From the NCBI GenBank assembly GCA_965644295.1, contig CBFFRP010000433.1, positions 124,001-188,000 on the forward strand: a DNA stretch of 64,000 nt, read 5' to 3'. The notes beneath the pieces are model-generated. The model saw only the letters and a list, made by a program, of their open reading frames with translations. It was not told the DNA's origin and ran no database searches. Below, piece after piece: positions 49,101 to 62,744 of this stretch (position 1 is its first letter; every line of letters starts with the position of its first letter). A program made the position numbers and the translations under genes. The DNA comes from Paraphysomonas bandaiensis. Lineage: Eukaryota; Protista; Chrysophyceae.

Positions 49101-52100
49101 TCCATTGGCCCAAAAAGGGAACTGTCTGTGCATTGTTTTGTGCGTACAATGATGTGCCTGTCGTGCATTATCATCCGGTCAAGATTTTTTGAGATTCCTA
49201 ACGTAGCTGAAACTGTTGTAGAGAGCAATAATTTGGGACACAAAAAGAAGAAGAGGCACGGCACAAGTGAATTCTACAGTGCTCGTACTCGTACCCATCG
49301 ATCATTACATCAGATGGCAGATGAGGCGAAACGTATTTCTTCGATGGCTCTTTTAGCATCTTTGAAGTTGGTCACCTGGCTAAAACCTAGTCGTATGGGT
49401 GAGTTCCAACGATCTGGCTTTGGGTTGTGGAGTTTTGAAAAGCGTGCCGCGTTATCAACACGTTATGAAGCCTTGACAGGAAAGCGGTATGGGCCACCTC
49501 GTGGCACTAACATCGATCGAGTATCGAGCCGAGTCAGCATGACGAGTTTGGGAGACAACTGTGTCAGTGGAGGTAGTGTAGTGTCAGATACAAGTATTCG
49601 ACGTACACCCACAAAGCCTCTCGATCCTCCACCGTTACAAGGAACTACTTACAATCGCTTGGATGACGAAAGTGTTGCACCATATCAGAATGCTGAGCCG
49701 AAGAACACGCTGCCACAGCCGTCGAAAACTGCCAAACGTATTGTAGCAGTGGAAGTGGAAGTTGAGGAGAGTAAAGTATTGAAGTCGACCACGTCATTTA
49801 TTCGCCCACGTACACCAGGAAGGTTTATCAATGCTGATGATGTTCCAGTAGCTCCAAGTCACATAAAAGCTCCACCAAAGGAGTACAAAGATGTTACCGT
49901 CACTAGAAAGGTTAAAAAAATAGTCCACAAGGAAGTGGACGATGATTCTGTGTCTATTAAACATGTACCGAGTATAACATCACTTAATTTGACCGATGGT
50001 GGATTGAAAAATCGAAAACATGATCCTGTTGAAGACAATGCTCTTCCGTCATATCGCAAGCGTACAACTTTTATGGATAGATTGAATAACTTATTTTCTA
50101 AAAAGCACAGGAAGAAGATGAAGAGGAAAATTCTGAAGATGGCTACTGAGGGAGCAGCGAATGCAATTAATGCGCCAACAGCAATCAGCACCAAGCTCAA
50201 GGAGGCAGTGGCTACCACGGAAGTTACTAAAGTGGCCAGTATTGAGGTGATTGGGACGGAGCATTGTGTATTTGGTCTTGCTCTTCTCTCTCATCTCTAT
50301 CGGCAGCTTCTTATGCTTAAGTGCCTTGCAATGGAGGTTGGGAAAGGAGCGCGTGTGAGGCAGTTGTTGTCATCTTATCTAGTTGAGGAGCACTCCATAG
50401 AGACTCTGAAAGATGCCCACGCAATGTTGCGTAAGCACTGTGAACATATCGTACCATGCCCGTGGACCTTGCAGGAGCTGAGTGAGTCTTGCACACATAA
50501 AGAACTCCGGATGATATTTAAAAGCCAGCTGAAGATATCGAATGCTCTATTAACAGAAGAGGTGACTTTTAATCGAAGCATGGTGAAAATTGATCCTTTT
50601 TTACCACTGGTTCTAACACTTCCATCGTATCATCGTCTGGCCGCTGAAGATTCAACGGATAACGAGTTTAACCTCGATGAGGAGCGGATATTGGTGGCTA
50701 ATAATGTAGTAAAAGACCCTGTGGCTGAGTTGGTTCAGGCCGAGCCCCGAGCAAGGCGTCAGGCCAAATTCGGAAAAAAACGAAGTCAAACATCCGAGCC
50801 GAAACCTGTCACTCCTGTAGTATCGAATGCTGCATTTACCCCACTTGGAGTTCCTCCAGGTGGTAATATAGGGATGAATGCCGAGGAAAACAGAGAGGGG
50901 AGGCGGCAGTGGGCCGCTTACTTAGACTCTACTGCAAAGGGAATGGAGAATTTTTTTGCAAAGCATTTAAAGTCGAATGAGGCGATGATTCATTGGCACA
51001 TGTTTACTTCTGCACTCACTGCACTAGGAAGCAACAGTTACCCCCTACAGAGCATAATTGCATGGAAAGATACCGTCGAAGATATTGCACCGTATGCCGC
51101 TGCTGGAGTTAGTGGGCTGTCCGCTGAAGTTCTTGCTCAAAAAGCGAAAACAGCGGCCAGTAAGTATGATGCCAGAAGGGCCGACCCCGACAGAGAGGGA
51201 AAGGCGGATAAAGATGATGACTTATTCAAACTGGTTATATGTTGCAAATTACATTGAATTTATACTAAAGCTCTGTCTTGTTTATAGGTTAAAATCGAGA
51301 AACTGTTCATGGAATACGGACGGAGTGATGTGGACTTATCGCAGATCAACTACGCTCTTCAGTCATTTGTAGATGCTATTCACTCTCGTCCTGCTCCAAT
51401 ACGTGCATCTAAGAGCACCGCCGCCTTATCACTCTTGTCTGACTGTTTTGCGATGTCGGAACTTTTGTGCAAACTCCCTGCTCATGTCGACACTATTGTT
51501 ATTTGTTGTCCGTCTTTCCTGAGTATTGTGCCATGGTCACTGCTGTTTATAGAAGATTTACCCGCTCCAGCTCATGGTGCGGATGTATTTGGGCGGAATC
51601 CTGAGAGAGCTTACGATGTGGGAGTGCTGCCTGAGGAGCAAACTGTACCGAATGTTATTCATGTAATGGATAAGTATAGTGTCCGTTTAGGAACTACTAT
51701 TCCGATCATGGAGTTGACATCCCTGCATGCTTCGCAATTGAGTCACGCCCCAGGACAGCACAAACTCTGTTGTGTTGATACTGATGACCAGGCGACTCTG
51801 CCTCTGACAGAGGCTGAAACAGGAAGTATAATGAGTCTGTGGTCTGGTGATCATTGGGACTACAATCTTTTACAAGGCATATGGGCATCAGCCTCAGCTC
51901 TATCGACGAAATTTCTGGAGAAGAACAAAAAAAAAGGGAGGGAAAGTACAGGGAGTAGACCAGGGACAGCAATGGATAGACCTGGCACAGCAATGGGTAG
52001 GCCTGGTACAGCAATGGGCAGGCCTGGCACAGCAATGGGTAGGCCTGGCACAGCAATGGGTAGGCCTGGTACAGCTATCGGTAGACCAGGTAGCCGTTCA

Positions 52101-54226
52101 GAAGGAAAGGCGGATGGTGGTGATGAGATTGAGGATGAAAAAAGCGAGGAAGACATGGATCAAGAGATTGAGAGGCGCCACAGGACATCGCAGAGTCTTA
52201 TTGGCTGTCGAGTTCTACATATGTGCGCCCTATGGGAAGTATCTCCACTGCCACCGCCCACTGCAGCAGAGATCGCAGCGAATCCCCGTGCCATTAAGCG
52301 TGAGTTTTTGCAGAGCGTTGTAATTATTAAAATTTTTATACTTGTATTTCTCTACAGCGTGGCCGGCAATAGCTCTTCCCGATGGACCGACGAATATTGG
52401 TGGATCTACAAGTGGCCCACGAATAGATAACCAGACCAGATTTGATGCCAGGTAAATCAAAGAACTGTACCGAATCAGTTTCTAAACTAATATATTTCTA
52501 GAACTATTGTGTCGCAACTATATCTTAAAAACTGTGCTTTGGTTGTTTTATCTCGTATGGGTATATTAGACAACATTCAAGCGAAGCATTTATCCCTCTC
52601 TGCTGCTGAAGGGGGTATTTTAAAAGATACGGCATGGGATGTAATTGATGCGTTTCACTTGTCCGGTATTTATTGCTTCTGTATATGTTAGTATCTCTGA
52701 ATGAATCGTGTATATAGGTGCGAGCACAGTCTTGTTTCCGCTGTGGGGAGGGGGGTCTATGGGCGGCGATTTGGGCCAGTTGGCGAGGCTTCTTTTATAT
52801 TTGAGATTTTATTTCGAATTGCCTAATTATGCTCACGTCGGTAGGCCTGTTGCTAAGGCACTCCAAATGACACAGGTTAGTGCATCATCTGCTTCACTTC
52901 TTGTTTACATCCCACGTTATCATGGTGTAGATATGGCTAAGGGGAGCCACCATCGCTGATATCAAAGAATTTCTTGACCTTGCCCCCATTCCTGAGAAGG
53001 TAAGTGTATTCTCACGCCGAATTGCAATCTATGACTATGTGGATAGAGTTGCGATGAACTAAAAATAGAGCTAGTTTCATTTGAGAAAGCGAAGTCTAAG
53101 GGAGCACAACGTGGAGACAGCCCAGGACCTGATGAAATAAAGCTTTTCAGTCACTTTTTTTACTGGGGAATGCTAACTGTATCCGGAGATTGCAGCAATG
53201 TTCATCCCGCAGGCGTTGGAGGCGATATAGAGGAGGAAAATGTGAAGAAAAGACCTAAAACTGCGGATAGTAGAACTCGCCAGAATATAGTTCAAGGGAG
53301 TCATTCTAACGGGATGAGCTCTGCTGCTCAGGAACAAGAAAGCAATAAACAGGAGGGAGAAGAAGATGGAGACAGTGACAGTGATAGTAATGAGGATGAG
53401 ACAGATGAAATGCACGAGCTGATCAGAGAAATGCAATGGCTACGCATGGAAGGAAGTCACAAAGAAGCTGATCTCATTGAGAAGGAAATTTGGCGCAGAC
53501 GACAGGTTGAAATTGATCGAGTCAAATCAAAGTAAGAGATTCTTCATGCGTTTTAAAAATAAGCATATTTGAAAGTACTGGAGTACTTTATTTGTATAGA
53601 ATACTCTCTTTCTGTCGATATATTGTGTTGCATGCGGTGGTTGACATTTTACCTTGGCCAGGTTGAATGAAGCTACTGGAGAGGTGGCCAGAAGAACATC
53701 TGTTGCTTTAACGTCAGGTCAGAACATGGCACGACGGACATCTGTTGCACTTGCAAAAGGGTCGTCCATTTTGACGAAGTCCGCGGAGACTTATGGGAAA
53801 AAAATATCCGCTGCTGCTGCTCATGCCAAAGCGGGGAAACAGGGTACGAAAATAATATTTTACGGAGTGAATACTAAAAGCTAGGCATTTGTTTTACTAC
53901 TACACCTGATATATGACATGTGGCTTATGTGCGAAACAGTAGCACCAGAAGTGTACAATTAGTGTAGTCGTATATTAATTGGTTTGGATTTATGTGCAGG
54001 ACGCAACAGGAAAGTTTATCATGATGGTGGAGATAATCTTCCCGAGTACAACTATATAGACGAAGCATATATGAGTGAAGATCAAAAACCTGATTTTGGT
54101 ATGTGCTTCGAACGTTGTTCACTCGATATTTATTGTTCTGTAGATGAAAAACCCACAGAAAATGAAGTGGAAGAGCACCCACGTGGTAGTACAGAAGATT
54201 CGTCTGCCGTATGTGCTTTAATGTAA
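46186..54226 (+). CDS. Very large multi-exon helical-repeat protein with a degenerate CHAT (caspase/HetF-like) domain and C-terminal CaaX (CALM)
   Basis: Consecutive + ORFs joined by GT-AG introns; TPR-like N-terminus (EEWALCHFSLG, AIFHFKTA); CHAT blocks in order: LSIVPWSLL, KYSVR, LPLTEAE, RVLHM, ALVVLS, AFHLSGASTVLFPLW, FY, AKALQMTQ, YWGMLTVSG; last exon ends SAVCALM*. Confidence 0.75.
51957..52092 (+). repeat. 21-bp coding tandem repeat (RPGTAMG) x~6.5
   Basis: aggcctggcacagcaatgggt units. Confidence 0.95.
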
Positions 54227-54767
54227 TATATATATTGGCGAGGAACTTCAATTATTGTCAGATTAGAGCACTGAGTGCCAGAAGTTTCAACATTGCTAGA
54301 AGTGTGTGTAATAATGTTGTACATAGTTTATTTAAATGAAATGCATTCTCTTTTTGTCTTAACCTTTTACGTATAACATATATATATGTGCTGTAAATAA
54401 ACATGTTAGTATGTGTGCTATAGTTGTATGTGTGACAGTGTACAACAATATCAAGGATACTTTGCTATTTCATACGAAACAAGGATGTCTACCGATGACT
54501 TAGTGTTGAGGGTGTGTTTAGAAGAGGCCAAAGGATAAAGCTGGGGATTTCATCCTCTTTGTCGCGGTTCTCTAAAACACACAAAACGACGACGAAAAAA
54601 ATCTTTTCCTTTTCAATACTATCTATATTTTGTGTTCCATTGTTGTGATACACTCAAGATACCACTATTAACACTTAATATTTAATTCTTCACACTCAGT
54701 AGTGAATGTCTGATTATTTGCAATGGGTGTGTACGAGTCGGAACTAATATAGCAAACCAATTTAACT

Positions 54768-55111
54768 AACTAGTGCTTAAATCTGATATTCTACTCTATT
54801 TAACGCTACGAAAGCTGCTTGTGCGACTACTTTCGCTCTCTGTCCTTAAGGTGAACTAGGCCGGATAACTGACTTCAGCAGGCAGTCCAATACCCCGGAT
54901 GCCCTTGAGGTGAGCCCAAAGACGTCTCTACACTCTACACAAGTGACACTTACTAGTGTCCCTTGTACCACAGAAGCATTTGACTTTGAGTAGACAGAAA
55001 GATATCTGCTGAGTATATATTATGCAGCTCACGGTAGCTTTCCAGAGAAATATCTGAGGTACTTATCTCCCAGAACACCACGAAAAGGTGCGAGTCCGAC
55101 TTTGTTGAGGG
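54768..55111. repeat. Unclassified ~400-bp dispersed repeat, copy C (internal deletions)
   Basis: cgaaagctgcttgtgcg, gacttcagcaggcagtccaatacc, gtgtcccttgtaccaca, ggtgcgagtccgactttgttgaggg. Confidence 0.85.
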
Positions 55112-56574
55112 TACTCTGGGCATGTTTTTATCATTATATTGTGACAGCTATCCATAAAATGTACCTTATATACCATGTAGCATACGAACAGGCACTAACA
55201 AAAGTAACAAACTCAAAACGTTTTATTTTAGTTTTTATCATTGTTTCTGAGATCACTTTGTAGTACATCCATGTAGAGTACACACAGATATCTGACCCTC
55301 TAACAAGTTTCTTCACTTAACTTTAACCAACAAAGGCATTTCTACCTAAGGGTAAGATACCCTTATCAATCTCCCCCCCACATGCCGGCATAGTACTCCG
55401 TACACTTAATTCAACCCATCTGATTATTTTAACTCTCAATAAGTGCAGTGAGATAGTGTGCTCACCTGTCGCCTATATGACTACATAAGACATGCCTATT
55501 GGACTTAACAAGAGGTATTTTTCAGTCATGGTATGTATAAACACTGAGGAATGATACAGATATCTGAACATATCCTTATGTGTATACATATCTACGTACA
55601 TACATAGTTCTGTAGTGCGTGGCTATAGTAGGGGAGCATAATTATATTTTTCTTTTTGTGACTAGTTCGAATTTTTTATTTTGTTTTGACGAAACCAAGT
55701 ATACTGTTGAATACTTTTCGTAATGCCCTGTATCTGGAGCAGCGTGATAGTCATTTCTCGCTCAACGCCGGACACTTTACCTAGAATGACTCTTCTAGTA
55801 CGAAATGTTTTCCTCATTGCACTGTATATGTAGTTGTAGATATGATACCAAAAAGTTTCCCATGTTGAGATGAGAGCGTTTTCATAAATCTCTGAGTATA
55901 AATATTTGTAGCAGTGGCTAAACGGGGTGGTGTTCCAGTGTCCTGGTGTCCTGTATAGCATATGGTGTAGTTGACACATGCCTGTGCAAGCAGTGCATGC
56001 ATCTCAAGTTCTATCAATCGACCTTAGGTAAATACTCGTGAATATGTGGTAAGGGGGTGTTTACCAGTCGAATTATGTTTGGTCATGGCCCCTCATATGC
56101 ATAATATGGTTGATATAAGTGTGATCGATATGCATATGTGTAGGAGTTATATGTATATTATGCAGCAGAGAGACAGCACGCTTAAAGCCTGCGTGTGAAC
56201 TACCCCTTTAGACAGGATTTCGACGACTCTTCCACCAGGCTTGCGTAACAATTAATTGGTTTTCAATTTATTGGAAGTCTTCCACTTGATTATAGAGGTG
56301 GTTCAAGCCTTTCTGAGGTGTCTGTGTGTGAATCTGTGTCGCTATTATCACTCATAGCAGTGCTCAGTATAATCTTAAAGAAGATACATACCCAACTAGG
56401 AAGGGGAAGGCACTACTCAACAACCCATTAGTAACTACCTGGCTGGCATTATTAACATGCACTAATAAATACTTGGTACTTAAAGGTGTTCATTCTCAGT
56501 TAATCATATTAATATTAAAGGAAATAATCGAAAAGATAAATCACTCAAGTCAGTTACTCATATAAAATTAAACC

Positions 56575-57420
56575 TGATCGACCCTTGGGGGGAGCCTGAG
56601 TGGATGCAGTCAGGTATATCAATAAGGAACTTCTGAGCCACAGTGCTGTGCTGTGTCGGATCTGCAGCCTCCGCACGCCTGAACCTCATCTCAAAATTCT
56701 AGGTAATTGCTGGCCTGGTGTTCTCCGTCCAGTCATAATCCTTCGGTGTTAAGAAGTTATCCTTGTCCTTCCAGAGACTGATTCGTAGCGACCCCACCGT
56801 TCGCCACACAGACAGCAATCCTCATTTTGGTGGCAGTGTTGCACTGCGAATTCTCATACATCGCTTCTTCGACTCCACCCATAACCAGCATGGTCATGGA
56901 GGTCGAACGTCACTGCCATAAATTCCCTGTCAATACGTGATGGCAGGAGTGGAGGTGGTCCGGAGAGAGGAAACTGCAACTCATCGATGACACTGACCAT
57001 CAGAAGTGATTAGGCTCATCTGCCACAAAGCGTTCATAACCGATATAGATTCCACATCGAGCCATCCCGAAGAAGGCTTAAATCTCTCGTCAGAGTAGAA
57101 AATGGAACTCCAAACTGCTCCATAGGATTTCGCTCCACTTCTTTTTGCCAATAACGCGGGCTTTAGGGCTGCCATACATACCTCAAGTTAGTGGACCTTC
57201 CAGCTTGGTGGAATAGTGATGTCAGGCAATAGAAATTTTAACGGCTACTCTGATGGTCTGATCAGGTGCCCGGGAGGGGCCTCAATTAAGGTGATCTATT
57301 GACGGGAGTGCCCCAACAACTTCCAGTCTGAGTCGCTTTCATTACTGATGTAATTATATTAATAGTCGTGGGTGTGGGTCGCTTGCATCATGCTCCTAAT
57401 GATGGGAGGCCACCATGAGG
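56575..57420 (-). pseudogene. GC-richer decayed coding or transposon remnant, possibly Mutator-like
   Basis: Composition differs from flanks; broken frames include GGVATNQSLEG, reminiscent of the MULE TNNxxE motif; no intact ORF. Confidence 0.3.
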
Positions 57421-57804
57421 ATTCATGTCACCTATCTCTATAAATATGAGATTAGAGTGGGATCTGAAGGGACTGTGTGTCAAGCATACTCAAGTTAAGT
57501 TAGTCAGTCTAAGCATATGACCGTATAGATACCGGGGTTTTCCTATTGAAAAGTACTGGTTTTTATATTATTTTTTTGCAATATTCGTGGTGTTTACGAT
57601 CGTAGTAGTGAAACTTTGCCTGCATAAAGGGGTTTTTATATGCAATATCCAACTACGAGTACATACAGTGGAGCTGGAGGCAGTTGTAAGCTAATGCATC
57701 AGCTCAGGCAGGGCGGTTGCCTGGTCTGAAGAATGGATATTATGTTTGCATCACTGGATCATTCGTTCGCTTAGTTCAGTGCACACGTAACAGTGGTGCA
57801 CATA

Positions 57805-58957
57805 ATGATATTTCAGTATTGGTTTGGAGCTATAGTGCTATGTGTCTGTATATTGCGATGTGAGTCACTTCGAACGCACTATTATGAATATGAGAATGGA
57901 GTGTTCATTAAGAAGACTGTAACTGAGGCTCCAAATACTGAAGACAGCCCGAAAGAGTCCAAGGCTTTGAGAAGGGAATTCACATCACAAGTGGGACAGG
58001 ACAGACTTGTATACAACACACTCGATAAGAAGAAGGGCGGCTATTTTGTCGATTTGGCAGCTAATCACTTCGTATTATTATCTAACACATTCTCGTTGGA
58101 GCAACACCACTCCTGGTCTGGTATTTGCATTGAGCCGAACCCTATGTATTTGTATGGGTTAGTTACTCGAAGGACGTGTAATGTATTAGTTAATCCCATA
58201 AGTGATAAAGCAGACGAACATTTAACTTTCAGACTCAAGCGTGTGTACGGTGGGTTTGTTGGTCCCGACATGGATAATTCGGATACTAATAAGCAGGATG
58301 GGAGTGATGTGACGTTAACCACAGCAACGTTGACAGATACTTTGGACTTTTTCAATGCACCGCACGTCATTGATTATTTATCTCTCGATGTTGAAGGGGC
58401 AGAGTACTTGGTAAGTAATTGTGGTGTAGGTGTGGTATTGGGTCATGTGTAGCTGTGTAATGGCGGGAATAGTAATGAGTGTGGTATCCCTTTTGTGTTT
58501 CATACTATTCTATTCGTTTTATTTTTCTATATAATTTTTTGTAAACAACTGTAACACGTTCTTTGTTTAGGCCATGAAGAATTTCAGTTTTTCAAAGTAT
58601 ACTTTCCTTCTTGTTACTGTGGAAAGACCAACAGAAGAACTTCATAAGTTACTCTCACAAAATGGCTATTGGTTTGTACATATTTTATCAAATTGGGGTG
58701 AAGTTTTATATATTCATAAGAGCTTCAATAAATTGCATCCGTATATGCTTAGACATGTTGGTAGTGGTCACCAGCGAATTACTAAGTGGAGGAGGGAAGA
58801 TCATGATTATCTGCTCACACCGAACTATTGGAACCAGAGAGATGTAATTCAAAAAGAACGTTACAGACTAGCTGCAAATAGTGTAAACTCGTTTTGGAGG
58901 CACGGACGATCGAGAATGAGGGTTTCTCAAACAGCTATGCATGACAAATATCATTGA
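57805..58957 (+). CDS. FkbM-family (Methyltransf_21) methyltransferase with signal peptide, paralog 1
   Basis: SQVGQD, GYFVDLAAN, SNTFSLE, WSGICIEPN, IDYLSLDVEGAE, VTVER; intron 58411-58570. Confidence 0.9.
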
Positions 58958-61900
58958 ACTTAGTTTTAAATCATTTTTTTTGTGTCTGTTGATTTCTACT
59001 TATTAAGTGTACGTCGAAAATATGGTTTGAGCCATGTCATATTGCACCTAGTTAGAAGTCAAGTTACGTGTATGTAATTTTTTAATAATATTACCTTTGA
59101 ACAATCGATATAATAACTTGAAATTGTGCCAAAAATAATGGCCAGTAAATATACGATAATATTTCAATCAGTAATACATACCACATAGAGTATTACATTG
59201 CCTATTGTGTTACATGTCTAATATATTATAAGGCCGCATGAAGACGAACTATCATACCTCATACCATATTATTAACATATGGACAAGGCACAGGAAAGTA
59301 AAATCTAACAAATATGAAAGCAAGTTACTTATATGCCAAAACAAATATAGTATGATAAATATATTTATTCGTCGGTGACTGCCTATATTACGTAAATGAG
59401 TAAAAATAGCATTAAAATACATGTCATGCTTCGGAAGGAAACATTTCTATTAGATATTAAAATATAATATCTATCCGAGTATGACAACTTCATCGAACAG
59501 CAGTCGATGGGCAGGCAAGAAGGAGGAAATAGTCAGTGATCTTCTTCATTCTTTTAGTTCCAGGATTGGTTAACTGTTGCAGATAGCACTACATAAAATT
59601 GCGCGTGAAGGTCCTGATATTAAATGATACTTTTACCATAAACTGAAAACTTTTACCATATCACTCGTCGTGCGCCGGAGGTTTACAACCGTATTCTCTG
59701 AAGAAAGAAAAGATCGGCATATATGGTGATGAGGACGCAGACTATGATTGCCAGAAGGCGTATCCATTAATGTCTTTCATTACTCTTTGTGTAAAAGAGT
59801 TACAACTTGTAAATCATATGATGAACAAGGAAAGTATAGGCATGCGTTAAGTAAATTATTGCTCATGATATCGTGATAGAGCCACTATACATACTCTCAG
59901 GACACTATGACCAACAAGGTACTGGCCTACTTGTAGGTTGGGATACCATCCACAGCTGTATACAGCATCATCAAGAACAGCATATGCAGTAATCTTAGTT
60001 TCGAATCTTTGTTATTGATTACATTATCGTTCAATATCAGTGTATTGTTATTGTTGTTTATATATGGACACTCTTGTTAGCAATATGATGCTGTTGGTGT
60101 CCTATTTATGTCCAGTTTATGCATTTTTATATAAGGGGTTTTCGAAAAAATCCTATATATTTGAATACTGTACTGTATATGATGGCCTACAGCAGTACTG
60201 CAGTGTACACATGGGAACAACTGACGACTGAGGTACACTATGTCCTACCACACAAGTCCAGAAAAATGAATTCTGTTTTTTTGTATGGGAGTGTGTGTAG
60301 GGGGGGGGTTGAAGTGGAGATATTCTGGTGTGCAGAATTCAGCGTTTATGTACGTGATTCAGCGTTAATGTACGTCCCTCTTAGCGACCATATCGAGCGT
60401 ATGGCTGCGTAAAAGTACTTATATATATATATTCTTGTAGAGGACTCTTATTAGTACTATGTGCCTTACTGACAATATCTACCGTGTGTAATCAGATCAG
60501 TATTCCCAGTGAATAAGCGAACGTCATGAAATAACAAATATGTTCCAGTGGCCACCATAAGGCGCGATGACAACACCTAAGAACTGTTTAAGTCTCGATA
60601 TTAGGCAGTCTAATATCCCCTACCTCTCATTGGGTGGCTTCATACTCCACTACGTTTGCCACAAAGGTGTCTGGTATTACACTTACCAGGGTCAGTCAGA
60701 GCAGTGTAAATTGATTGATGATAATTAGAATTGTTGTAGTTTCATAGAGATATGCACAAACAGGTGATGGGGGAGTGCTTAATGCCTGTCAGTTGTTGTT
60801 TTTGCGATCCGAGCCAGGAAATGCATTGACTGTGGCCAAACATTACTGCCTTCGAATTGATTGGCAATCGAAGCAAGCCTTTGTAATGCTACAGTTGAGA
60901 GACGTGCTGATGCGTATGCCGAACGGCAATGTCAGTGATACCGTCAAATTATTTTTTAATGTTTGCATGTGTTGAAACGTTAAATATCGGGATGTACCAA
61001 AACCTTCATAAGATCAATTAGAAGCATATCGAGAGGACAAAACAAGAGTTATTATTGATAGTGATCCAAGTCAAGAACTATCCAGTATCAAGAATTATAG
61101 TCCAAAGCTTCATGGAATGTACAACTTGTGAAAGGTTTAAACTTGGCACAAAGGTGTACATGAATTTCTAAATGAGAAAGCAAAGAAATTAATTTCGATT
61201 AGTTTGGATATATATATTTTTAGTAAGCCAATCTTGCCTATGATTATTATTTTCGTAATTAAGTGTTTGAATCATCGCTTGGGGGTGTTGAAGTGCTGTC
61301 CGAGATAGTTTCCGGTAGTTTTAATATTTATAGATTTTGAAGTGCGTATGTATTGTGTTATATCCACACATTAAACTACAACCAACTCCATATTGGGGTA
61401 ATAATATAATAAAAGCATACCGGGGTACTGGGGGGAGGTTGTAAGGCAGTGAGATAGCATACATGGGTGCCTTGGCTAGTGGCTATACCTAGGCAGTACG
61501 GAGAATTAGGAGAGAGAAGTGCATAATATTCAATTGTTAATAAAACATATATATATATAATTTCAAGATTATGAAAGCATTATAGACATAGCATAGAGTG
61601 TACATTAATGCTTTGGTTTCCTCTGGGGGTGATATGGGGCCTGATGGGGTGGTGCATGTAAGTGCTTGTGACTGGGGTATAATGTATAATTAGTAGTTGG
61701 TGGGATAAGAGTTTCCATATGTGTCAACATGTGTATAAAACCAAAATATAGCTAAAAATGCAATGTTCATATTGTATACAATGTACTTGTCATTTTTTTC
61801 ATCATCTGGAGGTCACCTAACAGCCTCTGGTGGTTGACATATTGAGGAGAACTATATCTGTATTGGAATAGTAAATTACAAGCTTATTATTATCATTTCT

Positions 61901-62744
61901 TGGGTTATCTGCTGTCAACGTATATATACTTATGATTTATATGTTTTTACGATGTCTATGAAGGTGCACTCGGCTCAAGGGCTCACTGTGATGAATACTG
62001 GTGATATGCATATTAAGGGTGTGACGTGTGAGCGTGTGTCAATGTGTTTCAACTCTGTACATATTTTCATACTCTCACTATAGAAAAGATAAAAGTTATA
62101 CGCTCTATGAGTATAAATATATATAGACTCCGTATATTTAAGTCAACTTTTGGCCTTCTACTGCTCTTCTTCTTCATACTTACCAGATCGCCTGCTTGCT
62201 CAATAAGATGCTTAATAACGACTGGAATGACCCACTTAATGATGCCACGAATAAACCTCGTCTTATCTTTGCTTTAAAGGGTTGTGACATTGCTGTCTTA
62301 TGTCGATATTGTCTTGTATTTGTTGCTATCTTTTAATGTGTCTATCACGTCTTTTATCTCTTCCACAGATAGAGCTCCATTATTGGGGTAAACCGTATGC
62401 AATAAATTACCTTTTTTACAACTACCCTTTTCTCAATAGAATGCTGTATTTTTAGGGTAAAAATAGTAAAAATAGAAAAAATAAATTGCCGCCATCCTGT
62501 AATCTGAGGGTGTGGGGAATAGTGAGTGGTGATGATGAGTGAGAACTTTTCTCGTTTTTCTGGACTTGTCTGGTAGGACTATGCGTATGCGTGTGTATCT
62601 ACTAGTACCTACAACAGCAGCAGTGGGTGTCAGCACAGGGCAGTTGAGGTCCTCCTATATATACATATACAGATATATCCCACACACGATATTATTACTC
62701 AGACAAAGCTATTAGAGTAGTAAACAGATAGCATTGTATACATA

